Shown: piece by piece, positions 47,832 through 57,192 of the stretch
How positions within the stretch are numbered: position 1 is the stretch's first letter
Layout of the letters: each line of letters begins with the position of its first letter
NCBI GenBank assembly: GCA_949291365.1
Contig: CASEVJ010000011.1
Location: 23,661-87,660, forward strand
Source: an uncultured bacterium
GTDB taxonomy: Bacteria; Elusimicrobiota; Elusimicrobia; Elusimicrobiales; Elusimicrobiaceae
DNA length: 64,000 bases
Direction: 5' to 3'
Position numbers and translations under genes: made by a program
Notes under the pieces: generated by a model
The model's input: only the letters and a program-made list of their open reading frames with translations
Database searches by the model: none
Told to the model about the DNA's origin: nothing

Positions 47832-48046
47832 AGAATTTCCCCCTTATAGTAAGATACTTTTATTCTATAAAATTTAGCATGCTTATCCCAGTTTTTTCTT
47901 AAGAGAAGCCGCCCCGTTGAAAACAGCCCTAGTGTTTTTCTATGTTTGGGCTTTGTATCAGCCCGCTCTGGAGAGCGCCGGAGCACTGTTAGCAGAAAAG
48001 TAAAACGCCCTGACCGGCAGTCAGGGCGTTTTGAAAAGGGGTGGAA

Positions 48047-48949
48047 TTATTTGAAATAGGTCTCATCCACCATTTTTCTTTTAATTTGTTCCCAGTCTTT
48101 CGGAGACTGCGGCTGCACATTGTCCTGCAGGAATTTAACCGTTTCCTGGGAGAAGAACTGATAGTCTCTGCCGGATTGGCGTTTTTTGACGTCCACATCC
48201 GTCAAGTTAAAGCCCAGCAAAAATTCTTCCGTAGAAACGTCCGGGTTCATGCCGAACACCGGGTCGCCCGTATCTCCGTCAATAAATTTCCAGCCCAGGC
48301 GGAAACAGCCGCTTTCCGTGCAAACATTGCTGATGTTTACCGTAGCGCAGGTGCGTTCGGAGCAGACCAATACCTCACGGTTCAGCTTCACTTCCGAAAA
48401 AGTACTCTTTAACATTTGCGGGTTTTTGGGAATAAACAAGTTGGCCGCCGGTTTTTGCTGAATAGCGTCTCTTAACGCTTGATTATTGGGGTCAATGCGT
48501 ATTAAAAACAATTTGCTGTCTTTACTGGCGGCAATATTTTCTTTAGAAATAACCTGTTTGCCGATTTTGACGTTTTCAATCCAGCGGATAACTTTTTCCT
48601 GGGATTCTTCCGGGACATCTCCCGCCCCTCTGTAACTGAAAAGCGTACCCGTGTCAGACAGTCCCACACACGCCATAGAGGCCAGCAAGTAGTGGGAGCT
48701 GATACGTACGGCGGGGCAGTCTTTTACCAATCTGCTGCCTTTAGCATCTACATCTGTAAACATGGAATCTACCGTAATTTTGAGCGGGATTACATTTTTA
48801 TGCGCTGTCGGAGAAGGTGACATCAGCAGCTCTTTTTGTTGGGTGGCAGCGTGGTTCAACGCTTCGCTGAAATCATCTTGGGAAGCGGCATGCGTTACCG
48901 GGGCACACAGGCCCAGTACGGTAAGAACAATAAAAAGTTTGCGGTACAT
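48047..48949 (-). CDS. Secreted protein with a degenerate trypsin-like fold
   Basis: Signal peptide; C-x15-C segment CPAVRISSHYLLASMAC; GDTGDP; GGAG RBS. Confidence 0.6.
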   Translation of the reverse strand: MYRKLFIVLTVLGLCAPVTHAASQDDFSEALNHAATQQKELLMSPSPTAHKNVIPLKITVDSMFTDVDAKGSRLVKDCPAVRISSHYLLASMACVGLSDTGTLFSYRGAGDVPEESQEKVIRWIENVKIGKQVISKENIAASKDSKLFLIRIDPNNQALRDAIQQKPAANLFIPKNPQMLKSTFSEVKLNREVLVCSERTCATVNISNVCTESGCFRLGWKFIDGDTGDPVFGMNPDVSTEEFLLGFNLTDVDVKKRQSGRDYQFFSQETVKFLQDNVQPQSPKDWEQIKRKMVDETYFK

Positions 48950-49447
48950 AATATCTCCTTTTTTGAGGTCTATACCCATAATATAATTTGCCGCGGCCAG
49001 GTTTCAAGGGACAAAAGGCCCATTTTGCTCCGTACCAAAGGGCCCAGAAGCTTTTCCCTGTGGCAAAAGCTGAAATGTCCAGCAGTACAAAACAGGGCGT
49101 ATTCTTGGTGTCAATTCTTCTTCGCAGAAGAGTTCCTCCCCGCTGCCGGCCCAAAACGACTGGCCCATTTTCTCTGTCTGCGCCCGGTGGTAGTTGTATG
49201 CTGTTCATTACAAAGGCCTATTTTTGCTCATGGTTGTGTGTTAGAAAAACAGGTTGATTGGCCGGGTGTGTATGCTTGCTGTTTCATTTCTAAATACATT
49301 GCCAGCCAGCCGCTAATAAACAGGACTCTTGTACAAGCTGTTAGCCAGCGTGCAGAAATGAGCGAAGCCGGCAAAAGAGGTTAGCACGAAAAAGGAGAGC
49401 CCTTTCTATCTCTCAACCCTTTTTGGATTAGATGGGATTTCTGCATA

Positions 49448-49477
49448 AAAAAACCCCGCCGTAGCGGCGGGGTTTTG
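49448..49477 (-). terminator. groEL terminator
   Basis: AAAAAAACCCCGCCG-tag-CGGCGGGGTTTT. Confidence 0.8.
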
Positions 49478-49494
49478 GGATATTGCGGTTTAAA

Positions 49495-51132
49495 TTACAT
49501 CATGCCGCCCATTCCCCCCATGCCGGGCATCGCAGCCGGCCCGTGGGAATGTTCTTTTTCCGGAGCGTCCGCCACCAGCGCTTCGGTCAAAAGTACCGTA
49601 GCGGCAATGGAGGCGGCGTTTTCCAACGCGGTGCGTACCACTTTGGCCGGATCTACTACGCCGGCTTTCAGCAGATCACCGTAGGTGCCGTTTTCGGCGT
49701 CAAAACCGTCGGCCTGGCCTTTCATGGACAATACTTTGTCCACCACGACCGCGCCGTCTAACCCCGCGTTGACTGCGATTTGGCGCAGCGGAGCCGTCAG
49801 GGCTTTGCGTACGATGGAAATGCCCGTTTTAACATCTTCATTATCGGCTTTGATAGCGTCCAGCGCTTTTTGACAGCGTGCTAATGCTACACCGCCGCCC
49901 GGGACGAGCCCTTCTTCCACGCCGGCTTTGGTGGCGTTTTTGGCGTCTTCCACTTTGGCTTTTTTGGCTTTCATTTCCGTTTCGGTGGCGGCGCCTACGC
50001 TGATGACGGCTACCCCGCCGGAAAGTTTAGCCAGGCGTTCCTGCAGTTTTTCTTTGTCGTAGTCGCTGGTAGAGTTTTCAATCTGTTTGCGGATTTGGTC
50101 GGCGCGCTGGGCAATGGCGGCTTTGTCGCCTTTGCCGCTGACGATAGTGGTGTTTTCTTTGTCTACCACAATGCGGTCGGCCTGGCCGAGCATGGTAATT
50201 TCGGCTTTGTCCAGCTTCATGCCGCGCTCTTCGCTGATGACTTCACCGCCGGTCAGTGTGGCAATGTCCTGCAGCATTTCTTTGCGTCTGTCGCCAAAGC
50301 CGGGGGCTTTGACCGCGCAGCCCTTAAGCGTGCCGCGCAACTTGTTGACTACCAGCGTAGCCAGCGCTTCGCCGTCCACGTCTTCGGCCACAATCAGGAA
50401 CGGGCGGCCGCTCTGCACGATTTTTTCCAAAATCGGCAGCAGGTCATTCATAGAGGAAATTTTCTTGTCGGTAATGATAATATAGGCGTTTTCCAGCACG
50501 CATTCCATTCTTTCCGGGTCGGTTACGAAGTACGGAGAGATGTAGCCGCGGTCAAACTGCATGCCTTCCACCACTTCCAGCTTGGTTTCGGCGCTTTTGC
50601 CTTCTTCTACCGTGATGACGCCTTCGTGGCCTACTTTTTCCATGGCTTCGGCAATCAGTTCACCGATGACGCGGTCGTTGGAAGAAATGGTGGCAATTTG
50701 CGCCTTTTCTTCTTTGGTTTTGACCGGTTTCTGCATTTTGGCCAGTTCTTCTTTGACGGTGCTGACGGCCGTTTCAATGCCTTTTTTCACCAAAGTCGGG
50801 TTGGCTCCGGCGGTAATGTTTTTGATGCCTTCTTTGAGCAACGCATCAGCCAATACAGTGGCGGTGGTGGTACCATCGCCGGCTACGTCGTTGGTTTTGG
50901 CGGCCACTTCGCGGATAAGCTGGGCGCCCATATTTTCAAATTTGTCTTCCAGTTCAATATCTTTGGCAATGGTCACGCCGTCGTCAATGATAAGCGGGGA
51001 GCCAAACTTTTTTTCCAATACTACGCTGCGGCCCTTGGGGCCCAGGGTTACTTTGACGGCATTGGCTACTTTTTCAATGCCGGCTTTCATTTTAGCGCGG
51101 GATTCATCACCAAATACAATTTGTTTTGCCAT
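49495..51132 (-). CDS. groL: Chaperonin GroEL
   Basis: [38 protein letters not shown] tail. Confidence 0.99.
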   Translation of the reverse strand: MAKQIVFGDESRAKMKAGIEKVANAVKVTLGPKGRSVVLEKKFGSPLIIDDGVTIAKDIELEDKFENMGAQLIREVAAKTNDVAGDGTTTATVLADALLKEGIKNITAGANPTLVKKGIETAVSTVKEELAKMQKPVKTKEEKAQIATISSNDRVIGELIAEAMEKVGHEGVITVEEGKSAETKLEVVEGMQFDRGYISPYFVTDPERMECVLENAYIIITDKKISSMNDLLPILEKIVQSGRPFLIVAEDVDGEALATLVVNKLRGTLKGCAVKAPGFGDRRKEMLQDIATLTGGEVISEERGMKLDKAEITMLGQADRIVVDKENTTIVSGKGDKAAIAQRADQIRKQIENSTSDYDKEKLQERLAKLSGGVAVISVGAATETEMKAKKAKVEDAKNATKAGVEEGLVPGGGVALARCQKALDAIKADNEDVKTGISIVRKALTAPLRQIAVNAGLDGAVVVDKVLSMKGQADGFDAENGTYGDLLKAGVVDPAKVVRTALENAASIAATVLLTEALVADAPEKEHSHGPAAMPGMGGMGGMM

Positions 51133-51151
51133 AAAAATTCATCTCCTCTTA

Positions 51152-51445
51152 TTACCCTAAAATCCCCAAGATTTCGTCTTGGTGGATAATCAAATACGTT
51201 TCATCGTCCAGTTTAATTTCCGTGCCGGAATATTTGCCGTAGAGCACCCGGTCGCCTTTTTTCACATCCATGGGCATGCGGTTGCCTTTGTCGTCCAATT
51301 TGCCCGGCCCGGCAGCCAGCACTTCCCCCTCCATGGGTTTTTCTTTGGCGGTATCGGGAATGATAATTCCGCCTTTCATGGTTTCACGTTCAATCGGCTT
51401 GACGATTAATCTGTCGCCAAGGGGCTTAATTTTCACATCGCTCAT
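51152..51445 (-). CDS. groS: Co-chaperonin GroES
   Basis: [26 protein letters not shown]; AAGGAG RBS. Confidence 0.98.
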   Translation of the reverse strand: MSDVKIKPLGDRLIVKPIERETMKGGIIIPDTAKEKPMEGEVLAAGPGKLDDKGNRMPMDVKKGDRVLYGKYSGTEIKLDDETYLIIHQDEILGILG

Positions 51446-51493
51446 ATTCACCCACTCCTTATAGTATTTGAATTGTTTCCGCCGGGTTTTAAA

Positions 51494-51520
51494 CTAGCAC
51501 TCCAGCGGGATTAATGCTAA
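51494..51520 (-). promoter_or_regulatory. CIRCE operator (HrcA site)
   Basis: Minus strand TTAGCATTA-N9-GAGTGCTAG against consensus TTAGCACTC-N9-GAGTGCTAA (3 mismatches), upstream of groES. Confidence 0.8.
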
Positions 51521-51547
51521 TTTAGCATAAAAAAAGATAATTGTCAA
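51519..51547 (-). promoter_or_regulatory. Sigma-70 promoter of groESL
   Basis: Minus strand TTGACA-17 nt-TAAATT with TGn extension; abuts the CIRCE. Confidence 0.7.
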
Positions 51548-52164
51548 TAGTTTGTCAAGATTGCTAAAAAAGAATTTTGCACTAGGAGCTTTTTGAGTTT
51601 GCTTTTTAGACGACAATCTCTCTTTTTTAAGAGGCGGAAATAACTAAAAAACAATAAAGGGTTGGGAGATAAAAGCAACTTAAATTAATAATTTTTACGC
51701 GTTTTACATAAAGGCAGTTAGCCCCTGTAAATGCGGCCGGGAATGGAGAAGACGCAGGGCTTTGGGGCTGTTGGGCAATAGGCATGGCAAGTTGCAAGTA
51801 GAGTCCTTATCCTCATATAAACACATAACATGTTTAAAACGCAAAATAAGCTGGAAATATGCCTGCGACGGAAGGGACGGCTGCAAATTACGTGGAGATA
51901 AGATGGATAACGTGTTAAATGGATAGGCGGCAGAATAAAAGCCCTGAATATAACCCCGGGGCTGTGCTGTGTGTAATAACATACTCCGGCTGGAGAATTT
52001 CTATCTCTTATCGTCAACTCCGGATATATTCTCAAGACGACGCAGAAAAACCGTCACAAAAAAAGACACTGCTAGTTTCGCAGCGGCCCAAATCAAGCGA
52101 AACGAGAATTTGGAAATAAAAAACCCCGGACGCAAGCCCGGGGAATGTCATAATAACAACAGGA

Positions 52165-52992
52165 CTATTTATGGAGCGAAAAAATTTGGCGCACGCGTTG
52201 GGCAAAAGAAAGCTTTTTGGGCGGCAGAATTTTAATTACAACGGCAGAAATATTATCCTGCCCGTCCCTTTCGTTAGATACGCGCACCAAATGTTTGCAA
52301 AGTTTGACAATGGGCAAATCCTTTTCTTTGTTTAAAATTTCCCCAATGGCCTGTTCCGTCAGCCCTTTATAGAGTCCGTCTGAACATAATACCAACACAT
52401 CTCCTGCTTTGATGGGAAATTTCAGCAAGTCAAATTCAATGTTTTTCTTAATGCCCATTGCCCGCGTCAATACGTTTTGTATTTTGCTTTTGTCTGCATC
52501 CGCTTTAGACAAAAGCCCGCGGCGCACATGCTCCATAGCCAGGGAATGGTCGGTGGTAATCTGGATAATTTTATTGTCGCGGTAGAGATAAATGCGCGAA
52601 TCCCCCACATGCACGGCAATGGCGCAGTCTTTATCAAACAACACCCCCGTCAGGGTAGTGCCCATCATTTTGTAGATATCAGAGGACTGGGCAGTGGAAT
52701 AAATAGCCGCGTTGGAAAGGTTTGCCGCCATAAGCAATTTACGCTCTGTGGGGGCCAACTTGGGCAAAAAAGTATCTGGGATTTTGAGCGCACCGGTATT
52801 GATTTTGCGTATGGTTTCCGCCAGCACGGAAACGGCAATGCTGCTGGCTATTTCGCCGGCGCTGTGTCCTCCCATACCGTCTGCCACTACGCCCAGCCCC
52901 AAATCAGAGGAAATAAGAACGTTGTCCTCGTTCTTTTCCCGGATTTTTCCTATATCGGTAACGGCGGCAAACTCTATATCAAAGGTGCTCAT
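52165..52992 (-). CDS. PP2C-family Ser/Thr protein phosphatase
   Basis: IREKNED, VADGMGGHSAG, HVGDSRIY, LCSDGL, GQDNIS. Confidence 0.93.
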   Translation of the reverse strand: MSTFDIEFAAVTDIGKIREKNEDNVLISSDLGLGVVADGMGGHSAGEIASSIAVSVLAETIRKINTGALKIPDTFLPKLAPTERKLLMAANLSNAAIYSTAQSSDIYKMMGTTLTGVLFDKDCAIAVHVGDSRIYLYRDNKIIQITTDHSLAMEHVRRGLLSKADADKSKIQNVLTRAMGIKKNIEFDLLKFPIKAGDVLVLCSDGLYKGLTEQAIGEILNKEKDLPIVKLCKHLVRVSNERDGQDNISAVVIKILPPKKLSFAQRVRQIFSLHK

Positions 52993-52998
52993 AGGTTA

Positions 52999-55314
52999 TT
53001 AATCCTCTTTAAACAGAATCCCTCCAGCGCAGTTAAAGCCCGCCATGATAAATAACATCAGCACCATAAATGAATAGGCATTGTTGTCTTGCGCGTTTTG
53101 GTTAAAGTTGCTTAACGGATAACTTAAGGCATAGTCCCAAATTTGGAAAGTCGCTTTATTGGGGCCGTCCAAGTAATAATTGCTGAGCAAATAAATAAAC
53201 AGCGGCCGCTGCTCTGGAGTAATAAACGGCCCGGCGTATTTTACAATTGCCTCGTCCAGCGTTTTATATTTTTCTTCCGGAGTCATGTAATTGACGGCCT
53301 TTGTAGCTGCAAAAGAGCTGAAGAGCTGAGGGCGGGAAATGCCCAAAAATTCTTCCTGCTCCATGGCTTTCTTTTGCTTTTCGGTGGGTTCCCCCATCGG
53401 AATGGCGGCTGTCAGCGTATTGAAAGAGGTTTGGATATTGCTGGCCAGCCCAGAGATGTTATACGTCCAGAAACAGCCCAATGAGAGCAAAAAGCACAAG
53501 GAAGGCAAGAGAATACTGTGTTCGGCCTTGGCTGCCAAATAGTAGATGGCCAAAATGGCAAAGAGAAAAGCCCCTGTAAAGAACAGTTTGACAGTCATGC
53601 CGCTGATGTCTGGCACAATAGTCAAAGACGTGGCCCGATACACCAATACCACGGACAAAATGACCAGCGATGCGCCCAAAATACGCTCCGGCCAGGTGCG
53701 GCCTAAACGCCAGCAGAGGGAAATAACCCAGGCCGCCGCCACAAGCAGATAGCACAGGTAATATTCCGGGGAGAAAAGGTATTCCCCCACATGCGTAAAG
53801 GTAAAGAGCGGATTGTCCGGAGTAAATAGCCCCGCTAAATACGCCGCTACAGCCAAAGCCAACATAATAGCGGTCGTTTTTGCATAGGCCTTGACGGAAG
53901 ATATACTAAATATTGCCGTCAGAGCTGCTACCGACAGAGCACTGTAGAGCAGCTGTCCTTCCACAAATTTACCCGAAAATACCGGTGCCAGCAAATTGGC
54001 CATAAATCCGGCGTTTTCTTCAACGTAAACAGAGCATGCTTTCCCAAGGGAAAAGAAAATATAGCTGCATACCGCGGCAAAGACCAAAAACAGCGGCAGC
54101 AACACGCACAGCTGAATCAGCATTTTGGCGTGTTTTTTAACCTGTATGGCTGCCAAAGCCGTGGTAGAGGACGGAACCGTCTTTTGCTCCACCTGCTGTT
54201 TTTGTTCAGGCACCAATTCCTGCGTGGGTGCCAGCGGAGGAGCTGATTTGGGCGGGTTATCGTCCATTTCATTGCCCATTTCGTCTAATTGGGGCATTTG
54301 CACCGGAGCGCGGTGGGCCGGCTTGCTCTGTTTTTGGGAGAGCGCACGCAGCGCATCTGTACCGTTCATTTGGCGGATACTGGCCGTGCTGTGGTGCTCT
54401 TCCTGTACAATTTTCAAAGGCCCTTCAATGCCCAAATCAATAGCCGCCCGGCCGTGCATGGTTTTAACGCGCAGCTGTTCTTCGGCGCGCATTTTGTTGA
54501 AATACATATACGTTTCTTTGGCGGTTTGGAAACGTTCGTCCGGATTTTTGCTCATTAGTTTCTGGATAGCCAAAGAGAGCCAGCCGGGCAAATCAGAACG
54601 CAGTTTAGACGGATTTGGCACGGGCTCGTTGATATGTTTCTGAATAATTTCAATGGTGTTTTTGCCATTATACGGGAAATGCCCCGTCAGCACATAATAC
54701 ATGCTGGCGCCGATGGAGTAGAGGTCTGCGCGGGTGTCAATATCTTTGCCCAGCGCTTGTTCCGGCGCAATAAAATAGGCGGTGCCGGCCAGCTCGGTCG
54801 TTTTGGTGGAGCCCTTTTCTTTGTCTACTTTTTTAGCGATACCAAAGTCTACAATTTTGGGCTGTCCTTGCGGCGTAATCAAAATGTTGGAAGGTTTGAT
54901 ATCACGGTGGATAATCCCTTTTTCATGAGCGACGGAAAGCCCTTTGAGCACTCCTTCAAACAAATCCAGCACGCGCCCAATCGGCAATACCCGCTCTTTT
55001 TTAAGCATGGCAGAGAGCGTCTGTCCTTCTACGAAAGACATGACGATAAAATAATAGCCCTGCTCTTTGCCTACATTATACACGTTAACGATATTGGGAT
55101 GATCCAGCTCCGCAATAGCGCGGGCTTCCGTTAAAAAAAGCGTAACGGCTTTTTTATCGTTGGCTAAAGCCGGGCTTAATATTTTTACGCATACAATACG
55201 GTTGAGCGCTTTATGGCGGGCTTTAAATACGGCCCCCATGCCGCCTTCGGCTACTTTAGTTAAAATCTCGCAACCGGAAATTTCCTTGCCTACCAATGAC
55301 TGACCATCCAGCAT
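52999..55314 (-). CDS. Hanks-type Ser/Thr protein kinase with a multi-pass membrane domain
   Basis: EGGMGAVF, VCVK, HRDIKPSN, DFG, GTAYFIAPEQ, DLYS; about 8-9 hydrophobic segments; start set at MLDGQ. Confidence 0.92.
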   Translation of the reverse strand: MLDGQSLVGKEISGCEILTKVAEGGMGAVFKARHKALNRIVCVKILSPALANDKKAVTLFLTEARAIAELDHPNIVNVYNVGKEQGYYFIVMSFVEGQTLSAMLKKERVLPIGRVLDLFEGVLKGLSVAHEKGIIHRDIKPSNILITPQGQPKIVDFGIAKKVDKEKGSTKTTELAGTAYFIAPEQALGKDIDTRADLYSIGASMYYVLTGHFPYNGKNTIEIIQKHINEPVPNPSKLRSDLPGWLSLAIQKLMSKNPDERFQTAKETYMYFNKMRAEEQLRVKTMHGRAAIDLGIEGPLKIVQEEHHSTASIRQMNGTDALRALSQKQSKPAHRAPVQMPQLDEMGNEMDDNPPKSAPPLAPTQELVPEQKQQVEQKTVPSSTTALAAIQVKKHAKMLIQLCVLLPLFLVFAAVCSYIFFSLGKACSVYVEENAGFMANLLAPVFSGKFVEGQLLYSALSVAALTAIFSISSVKAYAKTTAIMLALAVAAYLAGLFTPDNPLFTFTHVGEYLFSPEYYLCYLLVAAAWVISLCWRLGRTWPERILGASLVILSVVLVYRATSLTIVPDISGMTVKLFFTGAFLFAILAIYYLAAKAEHSILLPSLCFLLSLGCFWTYNISGLASNIQTSFNTLTAAIPMGEPTEKQKKAMEQEEFLGISRPQLFSSFAATKAVNYMTPEEKYKTLDEAIVKYAGPFITPEQRPLFIYLLSNYYLDGPNKATFQIWDYALSYPLSNFNQNAQDNNAYSFMVLMLFIMAGFNCAGGILFKED

Positions 55315-55474
55315 AAATAACCTCTGCGCATTAATATAATTAGAAAGCGTTTTATTTATTATACAAAAACTGCTTGCTTTTGCCGCCTGCAAACCGTTAC
55401 AATATATGCGGGCCCCCTTATCATAGCATATTTTTCCTTGCGCTACACGGGGCTTTGCAAAGCGGAGGGTTTTT

Positions 55475-55945
55475 ATGGCAGAAAGCAGTTTTGCGGTTCT
55501 TAACAATATTGGCGTGATTAAACTGGATGAATCCAGTGAAATCCGCTTTTCCATAGACGCATACCGCGGCTATCGCTATGCGTCTATACGTAAATATTTG
55601 ACGTCCGGGGCTTATACGGGTGCCACCCGTGCCGGTATTACCATGACTCCGGAGATTGTCAAAGCCGTGGCGCCCCTGTTGGCAGGACTTTCTGATGAGC
55701 CGGCCCAGCTGACGGATGTGGAGTTGGGCAAATTTGCCAAAAGGCCCGGTATGTCCGTGGTGGTACGGGTCAGCAGTTTCAAAGGGACGCGCGGGTTGGA
55801 TTTCCGCCAGTGGCAGGAAGATGAGGCCTATAAAGGGTGGACGAAAAAAGGCATTCGTTTGCCAATAGATAAAATTAAGCAGATAAAAGAGCTTTTTGCA
55901 AAAATGGCTCAGGCATTGGAAGAAAAACCGTTGGAGCAACAGTAA
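55475..55945 (+). CDS. Protein with two tandem PC4/YdbC-like domains
   Basis: IDAYRGYRYASIRKY...TRAGITM and VSSFKGTRGLDFRQW...TKKGIRL both fit the PC4 pattern. Confidence 0.7.
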   Translation: MAESSFAVLNNIGVIKLDESSEIRFSIDAYRGYRYASIRKYLTSGAYTGATRAGITMTPEIVKAVAPLLAGLSDEPAQLTDVELGKFAKRPGMSVVVRVSSFKGTRGLDFRQWQEDEAYKGWTKKGIRLPIDKIKQIKELFAKMAQALEEKPLEQQ

Positions 55946-56115
55946 GTATTTGCGCAAAAAGAAATTTCCCAGATATAGCATAATGGCCAAAATGTTTTCA
56001 AGATTAAGCGAATTGATAAAAGATTCTGAAAAAATGCTTGCAAAATCTTGACTTTTTCATTATGCTTAATATATAGTGATAGAGATATATCACTGCTGTA
56101 ACATGAGGTGAAAAT

Positions 56116-56775
56116 ATGAAATCCTTCCTGATAAGCTGTTTGTTAGTTCTCTCCTGCGGCATGCTGTATGCCGAGGAAATGAAGTTTGTGACGCTGCTTT
56201 CGCAACCCGTAGGCAGCTTTTCCAAAGTGGAGCTGTTGGATACGGCTAAATCGGCCGACATCTTCCACTTGAATTTCTGCAATACCGGCGTTACTTCCGG
56301 TTCCATTACCGTAAGTGGTACCGGTACACCGGTGGATGTGGAAAAATTGCTGGTGCGCAGCTCCGCTTCGTTGACTGGGAACCTGAAAACCTTTAGCGTT
56401 TCTAACAGCATAAGCGTGGGTTCCGGGGCGAATTTTACGGGCGGCAAATTAGGTGCAGATACCGCCTATGTGGACAAAGTTTCTGTAGATGACGGGAACG
56501 GCACTTCTGGGGAAGCTAGCTTGACTGTAATGCAGAACCTCTCTCTTAAGACGGCCAATTTCCGCACCATGGATATTGCGAATATTGCCGTCATGGATTC
56601 TCCGGCTGTTGCTACTGCCAAATCTTCTTCTTTAAGCTGGAAAAAGGTTTCTGGTACTTCTTCGGAAACGGCCGCTAATACCAAGGCATACTTGTTAACG
56701 GGCACCCCTAGCATAGTGGCAGGATATAATCCTGATTTAAAACCGGGAAACGGCGGTGTCCGCCCTAGAAATTAA
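56116..56775 (+). CDS. Secreted Ser/Thr-rich beta-structured hypothetical protein
   Basis: Signal peptide ending LYA; GAGGTG RBS; terminator at about 56790-56820. Confidence 0.75.
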   Translation: MKSFLISCLLVLSCGMLYAEEMKFVTLLSQPVGSFSKVELLDTAKSADIFHLNFCNTGVTSGSITVSGTGTPVDVEKLLVRSSASLTGNLKTFSVSNSISVGSGANFTGGKLGADTAYVDKVSVDDGNGTSGEASLTVMQNLSLKTANFRTMDIANIAVMDSPAVATAKSSSLSWKKVSGTSSETAANTKAYLLTGTPSIVAGYNPDLKPGNGGVRPRN

Positions 56776-57192
56776 CTATATGTATTCTGAAAATCCCGCC
56801 GCTAAAACGGCGGGATTTTTGGTTTATAGGAAATATCATTAGTACCGGAAAATATTTATTATGGGTGAAAAATCCGGATGATTGGGAAATAGATGTTGTA
56901 TCCAAAAAGCAGTTAATTTTCCCCCCAATGCTAGGTGGCAGGATTTATTCCTCCTAGTATGGATTGGCAAATGGCAGCCCTGTGCTAACTTTGTTTAAAG
57001 TGCTGACATTTTATTTCCAAAGATATTTTACCGGGCTTACTTTATGTTGTCCGCTAAAAAACGGATTTAGGAAGCCATGTTTCCCGGATAGGGAACAGCT
57101 ATTCATGTTCTGGGTTATGGGCCAGCATTTAATCAGAGATACAATAAAAAATCCCTCCGTTGTGCGGAGGGATTTTTTACTGCAGAAAGAAG

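Noticed and set aside
50095-51189. 364-aa plus-strand ORF, and similar long antisense ORFs such as 26544-27479, 45281-45880 and 60470-60931
   Set aside because: Shadow frames opposite well-supported, codon-biased genes; no RBS or recognisable motifs.
51544-51570. Second CIRCE copy
   Set aside because: One arm fits (TTAGCAATC) but the other has 4 mismatches and coincides with the -35 TTGACA.
51560-52160. Overlapping short ORFs or an ncRNA upstream of groES
   Set aside because: No RBS-supported ORF, and no tmRNA, RNase P, SRP or riboswitch signature that I can recognise.
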